IMG/VR virus record: IMGVR_UViG_3300030019_000003
Span: 1 to 64,000 of that record
Strand: one strand, 5' to 3'
DNA: 64,000 nt
Shown: piece after piece, positions 30,239-39,988 of the stretch
Position numbering within the stretch: the first letter of the stretch is position 1
Layout: every line of letters starts with the position of its first letter
Translations under genes and position numbers: made by a program
Notes under the pieces: generated by a model
Database searches by the model: none
What the model was told of the DNA's origin: nothing
The model's input: only the letters and a program-made list of their open reading frames with translations

Positions 30239-30604
30239 ATGAAATCTAAATATAATAAACGTAGTGTTTGGCTTGTGCCAAAAGACTTCTTAACAGGTAG
30301 GTATCTGCAGCTTAGAATAGTTACTAATACTTTCATCAGGGCACCTAAAATAAGCATTTATAATAAAGAAGGCGAGTTACCCTTCCTTATAACACGCTTT
30401 GCCAGTTATGGTGGTTTAAAGTGCTATAGATCAGCTACTATCTTTATTAATAAATCTTTATTAGATAAAGATGTTATGCTAAGGTTATATGGTGAGAGAG
30501 TTAATACCAAAAGTTATCTGGATCCTGTATCTATCTTTAACGATGATACTTTTGAAGCAGATAAAGCTTATGGTAGGAAACGTAACCTAGTTGCTAAATA
30601 TTAG
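30239..30604 (+). CDS. Hypothetical basic protein
   Basis: 121-aa ORF with GAGG RBS. Confidence 0.55.
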   Translation: MKSKYNKRSVWLVPKDFLTGRYLQLRIVTNTFIRAPKISIYNKEGELPFLITRFASYGGLKCYRSATIFINKSLLDKDVMLRLYGERVNTKSYLDPVSIFNDDTFEADKAYGRKRNLVAKY

Positions 30605-31196
30605 CGAGTTATTAAAAAATAAACATAAGGAAAATCCTATGATCGAAGTTAAAACAATATTCTTGGGTAAAGAAACAACAAAAGAGTTTGAAGACGCGAA
30701 TGCCGTTCTATCCTACTTGTCAAGAAGTAGTAATGAGAAATATGATTCATTCAGTAACATCTTACAGCCTGTTAGTTTAACTAAAAGTTGTATCGGCGGT
30801 ATGATCAATACCAGTGTTGATTTTACACTCTCTTCTGAGTTAAAACAAGTTGGTGAAACCTATGAGGTTGAGATTAGAATTTCTAAAATTGAAGGTCTGA
30901 TCAGAACACCTTGGGGTAATAAACAGTTTACCTATACTGATATTAAACAAAATGTTAAAAGCCCCGTAGAAGCTTTTGAGCTTATCTGCGACTCTATGTA
31001 TCAGAATGTAACAGATAAATCATTAGAGTTGTTCTACTATAGCCGTGGAACAGGTAATGCTGTTAAAGGTATCATGTCTGGTAAGGTACAAGTAGTTAAA
31101 AGCTATTGGTACAGCGTATTATTTAATGCAGGTACAAGAGTACTTAATAAGGTATCCAGCCTTATTAATCAGTTTAGAGAAGTAGCGGGTATATAG
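30591..31196 (+). CDS. Hypothetical protein (true start may be the ATG after AAGGA at about 30638)
   Basis: 201-aa ORF ending at a palindrome. Confidence 0.55.
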   Translation: MLNISELLKNKHKENPMIEVKTIFLGKETTKEFEDANAVLSYLSRSSNEKYDSFSNILQPVSLTKSCIGGMINTSVDFTLSSELKQVGETYEVEIRISKIEGLIRTPWGNKQFTYTDIKQNVKSPVEAFELICDSMYQNVTDKSLELFYYSRGTGNAVKGIMSGKVQVVKSYWYSVLFNAGTRVLNKVSSLINQFREVAGI

Positions 31197-31226
31197 TAAC
31201 AGAGTAGCCTAGGCTACTCTGTTACT
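31195..31226. terminator. Perfect 32-bp palindrome between convergent units
   Basis: AGTAACAGAGTAGCCTAGGCTACTCTGTTACT. Confidence 0.75.
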
Positions 31227-31228
31227 TA

Positions 31229-31402
31229 TTATTTTTTATTTTTTAAAGCATCTTCAATAAGCTTTATTAGATCAGGATATTTTTTAACTCTAGAATCTAA
31301 AAGCTCCTCAAGAGACTGCCAATCTTTATTTTTTATAGCCGTCTCGATAATTTCTTTGTATCCGTCATATTTAACATCATCATCAATTAGTTTTCTAATT
31401 AC
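31229..31402 (-). other. Startless 57-codon -1-frame extension of the 401-aa head protein, reachable through an A10 run / A_AAA_AAG
   Basis: GAA AAA AAA AAG TAA; the -1 frame reads VIRKLIDDDVKYDGYKEIIETAIKNKDWQSLEELLDSRVKKYPDLIKLIEDALKNKK then TAA TAA, right before the terminator. Confidence 0.5.
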
Positions 31403-32604
31403 TTTTTTTTTTCGACAACACTAATTTGTGCTTCTATTAACCAAGCGATATTTTTCATGGTATAAAAATAATTAAGCAAACACCCATTTCCAGCTTTACC
31501 TGTTATGACAATAGACTTGTTTATAACTGATAATGTGCTTTTAATATCGTGACTATCAAATTTTTTACTTAAGCTTTCAGTCATTTTTAAAAGGGCTTTT
31601 CCATCGGCAACATCGTTATCAACGCCACCCTTGTACTTATTAAAATTAGACAACATTTTTTCTAATTCTAAAAGTAGATTGCTAACCTGCTGTTTACTGT
31701 ACCTAGGTAATGGTAATGACTCTTGGCCACTATTTGTAGCTGCGGTATGAAATCCTATTTTACCCGTATCCTCTATAATATATAAACCTGTTAGTTTATT
31801 ATCATGAAACTCTATAGGAATAATAACCACGGATGTATTAGAATTGGGAACTATGCCATCATCCACTAGTGATTGTTTCAATTTACCGGTGATAGTATTT
31901 TTAACATTGTTAAGATGATTATTAAAATAATCAAAAGCTCTTTTAACGTAAAAATTCAATAAGTCACTCTCAGGGACATCTTCTTCTTTAATATGGTACT
32001 CTTTGTCAAACGTATCCTGATTTGTTATACCCCAGGCTATTGAATTATTAAGTTCTCCTATATTTCTAGGAGTTGTCGCTATCTTAATAGCATCTAAAAT
32101 TCTTTCATAACTTAATTGGTTATTTTGAACAAGCCCTGAGAGGCAAATCATTGCAAATTTTCTAGTGAAAGCGGGAGATTCAATACCGCCCTTAGTTTCT
32201 TTAAAATCTGGTAATGTACCTAATGTTGATTTTAACTCAGCTACGTGTTTTTCAAGAAGTTTTGTACCAGTCACAATGCTAACAATGAGACGTTTAATAG
32301 CGGCAATGATACTTTGAAATAACTTATACATATTAGCAATGATCGTATTAATAACATCTTTAAACGATTCTTTACTAAGTTCTTCAAATGTTACTTGTTT
32401 ACCATGAGGTACTGTAATATCTGTAAAAGCTAAAATAGTTCTTAAAGCCTCAGTAGTAATGGTACCATCATCATTAACAACATCCATTACGATATCTGCA
32501 TCGCCCATAACATCAGTAGCCTCGCCAATGAACTCGCTTTCATCATTTATGCCACTCTCGGCATCTTGTAATTCTGATTCTTCCTCAAATGATAAACCTA
32601 ACAT
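31399..32604 (-). CDS. Head-internal protein paralog (gp93-like family)
   Basis: LSFE|E and LSKE|SF sites, IIANMYKLFQSIIAAIKRL helix; similar to the two adjacent genes. Confidence 0.65.
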   Translation of the reverse strand: MLGLSFEEESELQDAESGINDESEFIGEATDVMGDADIVMDVVNDDGTITTEALRTILAFTDITVPHGKQVTFEELSKESFKDVINTIIANMYKLFQSIIAAIKRLIVSIVTGTKLLEKHVAELKSTLGTLPDFKETKGGIESPAFTRKFAMICLSGLVQNNQLSYERILDAIKIATTPRNIGELNNSIAWGITNQDTFDKEYHIKEEDVPESDLLNFYVKRAFDYFNNHLNNVKNTITGKLKQSLVDDGIVPNSNTSVVIIPIEFHDNKLTGLYIIEDTGKIGFHTAATNSGQESLPLPRYSKQQVSNLLLELEKMLSNFNKYKGGVDNDVADGKALLKMTESLSKKFDSHDIKSTLSVINKSIVITGKAGNGCLLNYFYTMKNIAWLIEAQISVVEKKK

Positions 32605-33800
32605 TATCTCTCCTCATCTTGGTCTACAATACTTAGACATAGTTGTCCATAATGTAAAATATTTTTAATCTGCATATAGTAATTTGCCATATCAGAATTA
32701 CCTATTCTTGGTGCCGTTACACTGTACTCTTGTATAAAGTGCATATTGTCGTTGAACATAGTTTGACTTGTGTCTTCATCGTCAATAACACGATCAGCTT
32801 TATTAAAATTAAAGACAATCTTTTTACAGGTTTCAATATCATTATCAACAAGATCTTTAAATCCATCTAGTCTCATACAGAGGCGTTTAGCCATCTTTAG
32901 AACATTTAGTAATGTTGTCCTAGAAGGTAATTCTTTAAAGGCTGTTAATGTATTACTATAGGTTACTGAACCTTTAGTATATTGAAACTTACCTGTTCTA
33001 GCAATGATACCGGCACAACGATTACCATAGTATTCAACTACAATCACATGATCTTTTTCAACGGTACTTTGTATCTGCTCTGGTATATGATCATAAAGGT
33101 ATTTATTTAATACGGCGTTAACACCTAGTCCAGGTTTCATACCTTTAGCAACAGCTTCTGTTGTAAAAACTATCTTATCAAAGTTAATACGTTGTAACCC
33201 GGATTGTATTACGTTGGTCATAGGAGCTGTTAACTTAGGAGATCCTATACTTTGTTCTGCTTTTAATAAGAATTTACAAAGATTCTCATTCGTATCGATA
33301 TTACCACCTGCTCTTATCATCGTTGAGAAATAACGATATACTGAAGTAATGTCCATCTCAGAGAGATATTTATAAAAATGTTCGGTGTTCATCTTTTCAA
33401 GACGTTCTATCATACCTTCTATATTGGATTCTATAATTCCTATAGAATGAACAATACGTGTGAAGAGCTCTTTAAACATGTTCATAACAACGTTAATAGC
33501 ATCACTAATGATCTTACCCGTTCGTTCCAAAATACCATGTCTGTCCTCTTCTAAAGACAGAGTATTATCTTCATGAGTGTATTCCATCTCAGATAGGATT
33601 GCTTTATAAGATTCTAAACCAACAACATGTTCTAAACTGTTAGGTTCGCTCTTATCAATACGATCGACACTCTCTTCAAGCTGACCATAGTTTTCTAACT
33701 CTTTATCAATTTCATCACAAAGAGTATCGATTTTTAATTTCTGTTCTAAGAACTCTTCATGGGCTATAAAAAAGTTATAGTTCTTATCCATTGTAACCAA
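32604..33800 (-). CDS. Head-internal protein paralog (gp93-like family)
   Basis: GLE|SY and LSLE|E sites; shares EYYGxxCxGII and PxxGNxxxxNY motifs with neighbours. Confidence 0.65.
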   Translation of the reverse strand: MVTMDKNYNFFIAHEEFLEQKLKIDTLCDEIDKELENYGQLEESVDRIDKSEPNSLEHVVGLESYKAILSEMEYTHEDNTLSLEEDRHGILERTGKIISDAINVVMNMFKELFTRIVHSIGIIESNIEGMIERLEKMNTEHFYKYLSEMDITSVYRYFSTMIRAGGNIDTNENLCKFLLKAEQSIGSPKLTAPMTNVIQSGLQRINFDKIVFTTEAVAKGMKPGLGVNAVLNKYLYDHIPEQIQSTVEKDHVIVVEYYGNRCAGIIARTGKFQYTKGSVTYSNTLTAFKELPSRTTLLNVLKMAKRLCMRLDGFKDLVDNDIETCKKIVFNFNKADRVIDDEDTSQTMFNDNMHFIQEYSVTAPRIGNSDMANYYMQIKNILHYGQLCLSIVDQDEER

Positions 33801-35052
33801 CCTTTACTGTTTCTGGTTTACTTACGTTATCAAAACACGTACTTGCTAGCCAATACATATTCTTTAAGAAGTTAAAGTAGTTAATGATATTAGCATTTCC
33901 AAGTTTAGGAACAGTTCGAGTATATTGATTAACAATTCTCATACTGTAGTCCAGTTTCTTAACTTCACTATGTTCCATAGCATTGACATTAGTAACCATG
34001 ATATGCGCTAACATAACATCACATAGTATGATACTATTATCTATAGCTTTTTTAAAGTTACTATAGTTTCTATCCATGTTATTAAGATCTCGCATGAAGC
34101 CTCTAAGATGAGTAACTGTAATATCGCTGGTCATCTCTTCTTTACCTGTTTTAGTACAGAATACACCATACAACTCAGTAGCACCAAGATTCTTATATGC
34201 CTCAGTATACTGTATAGCACCATCTCTAACAATGATGCCTTTACAGGTAGTACCATAGTACTCTATACATGCGCTGTGTTTTGTTTCAGCATCATTATAG
34301 CCTTCTAGCATATTGTTAAAGTGCTCTTTCAGTTTTCGACTATTAACACCGCTATTGATCTCATCGATCTCAGTATCGATGATCTCTTGACCATCTTCAT
34401 CCAGTTTATCATAATCCGCGCTATGGGTTACCGTAACATTAATAATATCAACGATACGCTTACCCGCATTAATAGTAATCTTAGGAGAAGATATATCTTC
34501 AAGAACATCATTAATATTACGCATAACGTCTTTAACCGTTAATGTTCTAGTATTGGTCTGTATGATTGTCCCAAAGCGTTTAAACACTTTTAAAGTATCA
34601 CTACTATTAAAATCACTAATAGGATTACTAGCAGGTAACGTCATTATCTTACTACTCAGTCTTTTTATCATTTGACTGTAAATAACAGTACTGTTTGTAA
34701 TATTAATAAATATCTTCTTAATAGCAGCAACAATCTTATTAAAGGTTGCAAGTATGATACCCATTAATGTTTTAAAAGCTTCTTTAAACTTAGTACCTTC
34801 ATCAACACTCTCAACAGAGAGTTCTTCTAACCCTATACTCTCAACACTAAGATTATACGATTCTATAATATACTTTGCAGTAGTAGGTTTATAACTTTCA
34901 CTTGTTACAGCAGTAATACAATCGTTTATGTTATCCTTAGCATCTATCATGTCTGTTAACTCAGTATCAAGATAGTTATACTCTTCTAGGTCATCATGTA
35001 GTTCTTCCAGAGATGCTGTTAGCTCTCTGGTCTCAGCATCGGTTATCGTCAT
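33784..35052 (-). CDS. Head-internal protein paralog (gp93-like family)
   Basis: Start moved to ATG 35052 behind AAGGGAG; LSVE|S repeats; shared motifs with 31399-33800. Confidence 0.65.
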   Translation of the reverse strand: MTITDAETRELTASLEELHDDLEEYNYLDTELTDMIDAKDNINDCITAVTSESYKPTTAKYIIESYNLSVESIGLEELSVESVDEGTKFKEAFKTLMGIILATFNKIVAAIKKIFINITNSTVIYSQMIKRLSSKIMTLPASNPISDFNSSDTLKVFKRFGTIIQTNTRTLTVKDVMRNINDVLEDISSPKITINAGKRIVDIINVTVTHSADYDKLDEDGQEIIDTEIDEINSGVNSRKLKEHFNNMLEGYNDAETKHSACIEYYGTTCKGIIVRDGAIQYTEAYKNLGATELYGVFCTKTGKEEMTSDITVTHLRGFMRDLNNMDRNYSNFKKAIDNSIILCDVMLAHIMVTNVNAMEHSEVKKLDYSMRIVNQYTRTVPKLGNANIINYFNFLKNMYWLASTCFDNVSKPETVKVGYNG

Positions 35053-35478
35053 GGTATCTCCCTTATGGCTCATTCTATCATTGAAGTGTCTCGCCACTAA
35101 CATCCTATTCGCACCTATGGTCTATCTACAACTATACCTTAGAGTATAGTTGTTATTCGTTAATAACTATATTAATATGTATATATTATATATAATAACA
35201 ACTCACACCTAGCACAACCCCCTATCCCCCCATACGTATTATGTTGTTATCATATATAATATTATATCTTTACATCTCTCCCCGGATACTTTCATCACTT
35301 CGTTCTTCAAGTATCCGACCCTCTCTTAATAAAAGTTAAGATACTCATCTAATATAATTTTGTAATTATTATTAAAAACATATTATTCATCTATAAGGGA
35401 GAATAAAATACTGTTGTCTACATATTTAAATAATAATCTAAAAAGAGGTAATCAAATGATTAATCATAAGGGAGTGAT

Positions 35479-37536
35479 ATGAGCAGTTCATCTGTAACTA
35501 ATAACGTTGTATCTAACAGTGATGTAGTTAACGCAGTTCCTGTACGAGAGTTGATGGGGTTTAAACCTGAAGAGTTATTAAAGGGATTACGTAAGAATCT
35601 TGATGTACTCTTTGAGGACAATGTCGTTATAAAGATGCGGTGGGCTGAGGTTGTACTTAACCGGTATGTCTTCATACTTTTAGATTATGCTCCGAATATT
35701 CCTATTCTTAGCAAGTATTGTATTAAGAACTATTATAACAACGGAATTTATACTTCCAAGACTATTAATAAAGTCTTGGAAAAGATATTTGAAAGTATCG
35801 TAAAGAATATCTGTGTTCCGATGGGTAATAGAGATCTTATCCCAGTCTTAGCCAAGACAATTTATCAACTTCATAATCGTATCTATAATGAAGTAGTTTA
35901 TGAGTTATTGGAATACGCTGGATCCGTTGATATCGTTGACTTCTTGGAGATACAAAAAGATCCAAGACTTCTAAAAGCAATACAAAAAGTAGATGAAAAT
36001 AAAGATGCTCGTTCTATTAATGAAGCTTATGATGTACTTGAGACAGTTATTAAAGAAACACCTGATAACATTATCTCTAAAGGGTATATTGGAACAACGT
36101 TTAATCCTAATCAGGTTAAACAACTACTAGGACCACGTGGACATATTACAGAAATCAATAGTGATATTTTCAAATTCCCTGTAGCTTCTTCATTTGTTCT
36201 TGGTATGAACTCTATGACAGATATTGCTATGGAATCAAGAGCAGCCGCTAAAGCATTACACCTATCTTCTACAGCAGTACAACAATCTGAGTATATTGCT
36301 AGAGAGATGCAAATGGTCTCTATGTATATTCAAGGTCTATGGTATGGTGATTGTGGTACTAAGACATATACAGATTGGTACGTTCGTGGTGATGAACCCG
36401 GTGTTAAATCGGATATACCTTCTTTAACAGGTAAATGGTTCTTAAACGATGCAGGTGTTGAGGAATGTATCACATCAGATCATAAGTATTTAGAAGGTAA
36501 AACTATCAAACTACGTATGATTCATAACTGTAGACTTCCTGATAAACGTTGTGTATGTTCTAGATGTTATGGTGAGCTATCATGGTCTATACCTAAGCAT
36601 GCTAATATTGGTCACTATAGTTCAACGTACATAACTCAAAAGTTAACACAGGCTATCTTATCTACGAAGCATCATACTTCTTCTGCTGTATCTTCTACGA
36701 TTGTTCTAGATGACTTGAGTAAACAATATATGGTAGTTAAACAAGGTGCTAGTTATGCATTTAGACCTAATCTATTAGGTAAAGTAAAAACGAAGTACTA
36801 TATGATTGTTACTCAAGCTGAAGCTCCAGGTATTAAAGATTTTGATTATCGTACCAATGTTAATAAACTTAGACCTAATCGTGTAAGTCGTATTCGTAAG
36901 ATCATCTTGATGGAAGAAAGTGAACAAGCTACTAAGTTCATCGATCTTCCGATTAAAGATGGCAATCGTATAGGAAGTTTCACATATAAGTTCTTAGAAC
37001 ATATTCGTGATGTTGGTTATAGTCTTGATAAGAAAAATAGGTTTGTTATTAGTCTTGAAGGTTGGGGGAATAAAACGTTTATTGATTTACCTAACCTAGA
37101 GTTTAATCACCTTGAAATGATCAAGATGATCCGTACAGAGTTAAAGTATATGAAAACAGAAAAAGCAGGATTTAAAGCAGAAACAATTGAATCATTTGTT
37201 GTTAAGCTTAATGATATGCTAAACAGTAAACTAGATGTTCCATTGATTCATACTGAAATTGTTGTTGCAGCGCATACTGTAGCTAATCCAGAAAATAGAA
37301 ATTACGATATGGCTAGAAATAACGCTGAATCAGGGTTAGCTAACTATCGTAACATATTAAGTGGTAGGTCGCTAGGTGCTGGCTATGCTTGGGAACGTGT
37401 TATGGGTATGATGCTTAAAACACCTTTAGGGTATGGTAACCAAAGAACAACAAGTCATCCTATGGATGTATTCATTAGACCTAATGAAGCTATATCTGAA
37501 TATGAACGACGTGGTAAATACTTAGCAAGAAGTTAA
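35479..37536 (+). CDS. Non-virion multisubunit RNA polymerase beta-prime subunit, C-terminal part (phiKZ gp74-like)
   Basis: NQVKQLLGPRG, bridge-helix region SRAAAKAL…SEYIAREMQ, GDCGT, Zn site CRLP…VCSRCYGE, trigger-loop region TQKLTQAILSTKH. Confidence 0.85.
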   Translation: MSSSSVTNNVVSNSDVVNAVPVRELMGFKPEELLKGLRKNLDVLFEDNVVIKMRWAEVVLNRYVFILLDYAPNIPILSKYCIKNYYNNGIYTSKTINKVLEKIFESIVKNICVPMGNRDLIPVLAKTIYQLHNRIYNEVVYELLEYAGSVDIVDFLEIQKDPRLLKAIQKVDENKDARSINEAYDVLETVIKETPDNIISKGYIGTTFNPNQVKQLLGPRGHITEINSDIFKFPVASSFVLGMNSMTDIAMESRAAAKALHLSSTAVQQSEYIAREMQMVSMYIQGLWYGDCGTKTYTDWYVRGDEPGVKSDIPSLTGKWFLNDAGVEECITSDHKYLEGKTIKLRMIHNCRLPDKRCVCSRCYGELSWSIPKHANIGHYSSTYITQKLTQAILSTKHHTSSAVSSTIVLDDLSKQYMVVKQGASYAFRPNLLGKVKTKYYMIVTQAEAPGIKDFDYRTNVNKLRPNRVSRIRKIILMEESEQATKFIDLPIKDGNRIGSFTYKFLEHIRDVGYSLDKKNRFVISLEGWGNKTFIDLPNLEFNHLEMIKMIRTELKYMKTEKAGFKAETIESFVVKLNDMLNSKLDVPLIHTEIVVAAHTVANPENRNYDMARNNAESGLANYRNILSGRSLGAGYAWERVMGMMLKTPLGYGNQRTTSHPMDVFIRPNEAISEYERRGKYLARS

Positions 37537-37550
37537 AGACTTCTTGCACA

Positions 37551-39965
37551 ATGGAGATAACTGTGGAAAAATTGATTATTAATGTGCATAACACTAACTT
37601 TGAAGTTATCGTCAAAGATAGCATCGTGTATAGAGTTATTGATATGCTAAAGAACCGATATACAACCCATAGTTATCTCTATTCTAAGTCTCCCTTTAAA
37701 GGAGCTAGACCAAAGCTAACTATGGTTCCGGATAAGATGTATTTTTCAGAGAACAAAAAAGATAAATCTTATCGTTTTTCTATATCTGTATTAAAAGACT
37801 TTATTATTCTTCTTGGGCAACAACGTATTAGAAAAGAAGATATTGTTGTTAATAAAGATAAAGACTATGAGATAGCTCCTTTAGATGTTAATATTAAAAA
37901 TGGTTATACGCCTAAAGATTACCAGTATCGGTATATTGATGCACTTCTTGGCGAAAAAGCTAAGAAGATAGCATTGATAGATCTTATCATGGGTTATGGT
38001 AAGGCACAACCTTTAGATTCAGGAATACTGATACCAACGGGTTGGACAACAATGGGTAGCATCGAAGTAGGTGAGCCTATTATTAATCCAGATGGCTCTA
38101 TAGGTAAGGTTACAGGTAAATACCCACAAGGTAAGAAAAAAGTTTATAAACTTACTTTTGAAGATGGTAGAACCTGTAGAACATCAGGCGAGCATCTATG
38201 GAAAGTATATACTTCAGAAGATAACGAAATAGGATGTGTTATTGATACCCACAGGTTAATGGAATTAATGTATCGTCCTGAAGGAAGTAGTAGGATCTTT
38301 ATAGATCTTATTGTTCCACATGAGTATCTTCCAGATATCATTGTTAATGAGTCACTTTATGATGTAGGTACTAAGTTTGCTAAAGGCGAACTTGAAGTAT
38401 TTAAAGATGAATATCATAGGTGCAGTTTAAAACAACGTATCGAAATTCTTCAAGGATTATTTTTTAATAAAAAATGGAATTTTAACTTTAACGAGATTGT
38501 GGTAAGGGTTGAAAATATTAAAGTAGCAGAACTCATTGTTGCCTTAAGCAGGTCTATAGGCGATATTGCAGAGTTCACTCTTAACGCAGCTCTTAACTAC
38601 GACTTTGAAGAATACAGTCCCGTTGTTAGGATCTATACTAGTAAACCGTACTGTTATTTTATTAAAGATGATACAACGGATTATGATTTAAAAATTAACA
38701 CGTACTTAAAAGAAATGTTACAGCTAGAAGATTTTAAAATTGAAAACTTTGAAGAGGACCCTATTCGATTAGAGTTGAAGAAAGTAAAAATAGATAGTTA
38801 TGAAGAAACATGCTGTATCTCTGTAGATCATCAAGATCAACTCTATATAACAGATAACTTTGTTGTAACGCATAATACTTTTATTTCAGTCTTTACGATT
38901 GTTAAATTAAATATGCGAACTTTGATCATTATACTTCCAAAGTATATTGATAAATGGATCAACGACTTAAAAGAATATACAGATGTTGATATTAAAAACG
39001 ATGTATATATTGTAAAAGGTGGCGACAGCCTTATTGATCTTATGAGTAAAGATGAGATACCTTATAAATTTATCATTTGCTCAATGCGTACAGTTTCTAA
39101 CTATATCAAAGAGTTTGAAGACGGGAGCACGTTATATCCTGTTAGACCTGAAAACTTTATACGTAAGTTAAAAGTAGGTGTTATACTTAATGATGAAACC
39201 CATCAAGAGTTTCATGCTTTATTTAAAGCAAGTCTATATTTTGATCCTCCTAAACTCATAGGTATGACGGCAACAATAGAAACAAAAGACACGGTGATGG
39301 ATAGGATGTATAAAACATTATTTCCTCCTGATGTTAGAATTTCTAATCTTGTTGAGTACATAAGGTATGTTGATGTTAAAGCAACTGCATATACTATGGA
39401 TTCAACACGTGGTATCAAATGTAGAAGACCTGCCGGTTATAACCATGTTCTTTTTGAGCAAACACTAATGCGTAATAAATTAGCGCTCCGTGAGTATATC
39501 GGCATGATCGTGTATTATATAGAGTTAGATTTTATTAGGCGTAGAAAAGTAGGAGAACGCGCTATTATATTTGCAGCAACTGTAGATTTCTGTAGTATCT
39601 TAACAAACCATCTTAAATCAAGATATCCTAACTTAGATGTTAGGAGATATGTTGAGGATGACCCTCTTGAAAATATACTTGTCGCTGACTTAACATGTAG
39701 CACTGTCATCTCGGCGGGCACAGCTATAGACGTCAAAAAGCTTATTTATGTGCTACAGACAATATGTATTTCAAGCATGCAATCTAACCTACAAGCATTT
39801 GGTAGATTAAGAGATTTAGAAGGATCTGAGAAAGTATTTAGATATTTCTATTCCAGAAATATACCAGATCAATATCGTTTACATATCGATAGAAGAGCTG
39901 CATTGTATAAGTTATCTAAGACTTATGAACATGAAGAGTATCCTCATATCTTAAGAGTAAAATAG
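37551..39965 (+). CDS. SF2 (DEAD/DEAH-like) helicase, phiKZ gp75-like, containing an intein
   Basis: Walker A MGYGK|T split by the intein, Walker B ILNDETHQ, motif III GMTAT, AGTAIDV, motif VI QAFGRLR; follows the gp74-like gene as in phiKZ. Confidence 0.85.
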   Translation: MEITVEKLIINVHNTNFEVIVKDSIVYRVIDMLKNRYTTHSYLYSKSPFKGARPKLTMVPDKMYFSENKKDKSYRFSISVLKDFIILLGQQRIRKEDIVVNKDKDYEIAPLDVNIKNGYTPKDYQYRYIDALLGEKAKKIALIDLIMGYGKAQPLDSGILIPTGWTTMGSIEVGEPIINPDGSIGKVTGKYPQGKKKVYKLTFEDGRTCRTSGEHLWKVYTSEDNEIGCVIDTHRLMELMYRPEGSSRIFIDLIVPHEYLPDIIVNESLYDVGTKFAKGELEVFKDEYHRCSLKQRIEILQGLFFNKKWNFNFNEIVVRVENIKVAELIVALSRSIGDIAEFTLNAALNYDFEEYSPVVRIYTSKPYCYFIKDDTTDYDLKINTYLKEMLQLEDFKIENFEEDPIRLELKKVKIDSYEETCCISVDHQDQLYITDNFVVTHNTFISVFTIVKLNMRTLIIILPKYIDKWINDLKEYTDVDIKNDVYIVKGGDSLIDLMSKDEIPYKFIICSMRTVSNYIKEFEDGSTLYPVRPENFIRKLKVGVILNDETHQEFHALFKASLYFDPPKLIGMTATIETKDTVMDRMYKTLFPPDVRISNLVEYIRYVDVKATAYTMDSTRGIKCRRPAGYNHVLFEQTLMRNKLALREYIGMIVYYIELDFIRRRKVGERAIIFAATVDFCSILTNHLKSRYPNLDVRRYVEDDPLENILVADLTCSTVISAGTAIDVKKLIYVLQTICISSMQSNLQAFGRLRDLEGSEKVFRYFYSRNIPDQYRLHIDRRAALYKLSKTYEHEEYPHILRVK
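38004..38876 (+). mobile_element. Class 3 intein (291 aa) with a degenerate LAGLIDADG endonuclease region
   Basis: Starts AQPLDS, block B SGEHLW (Trp), block F ETCCISV (Cys), block G FVVTHN (Thr), +1 Thr. Confidence 0.9.
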
Positions 39966-39988
39966 TAGGATACTTCTAATCTTTTATA

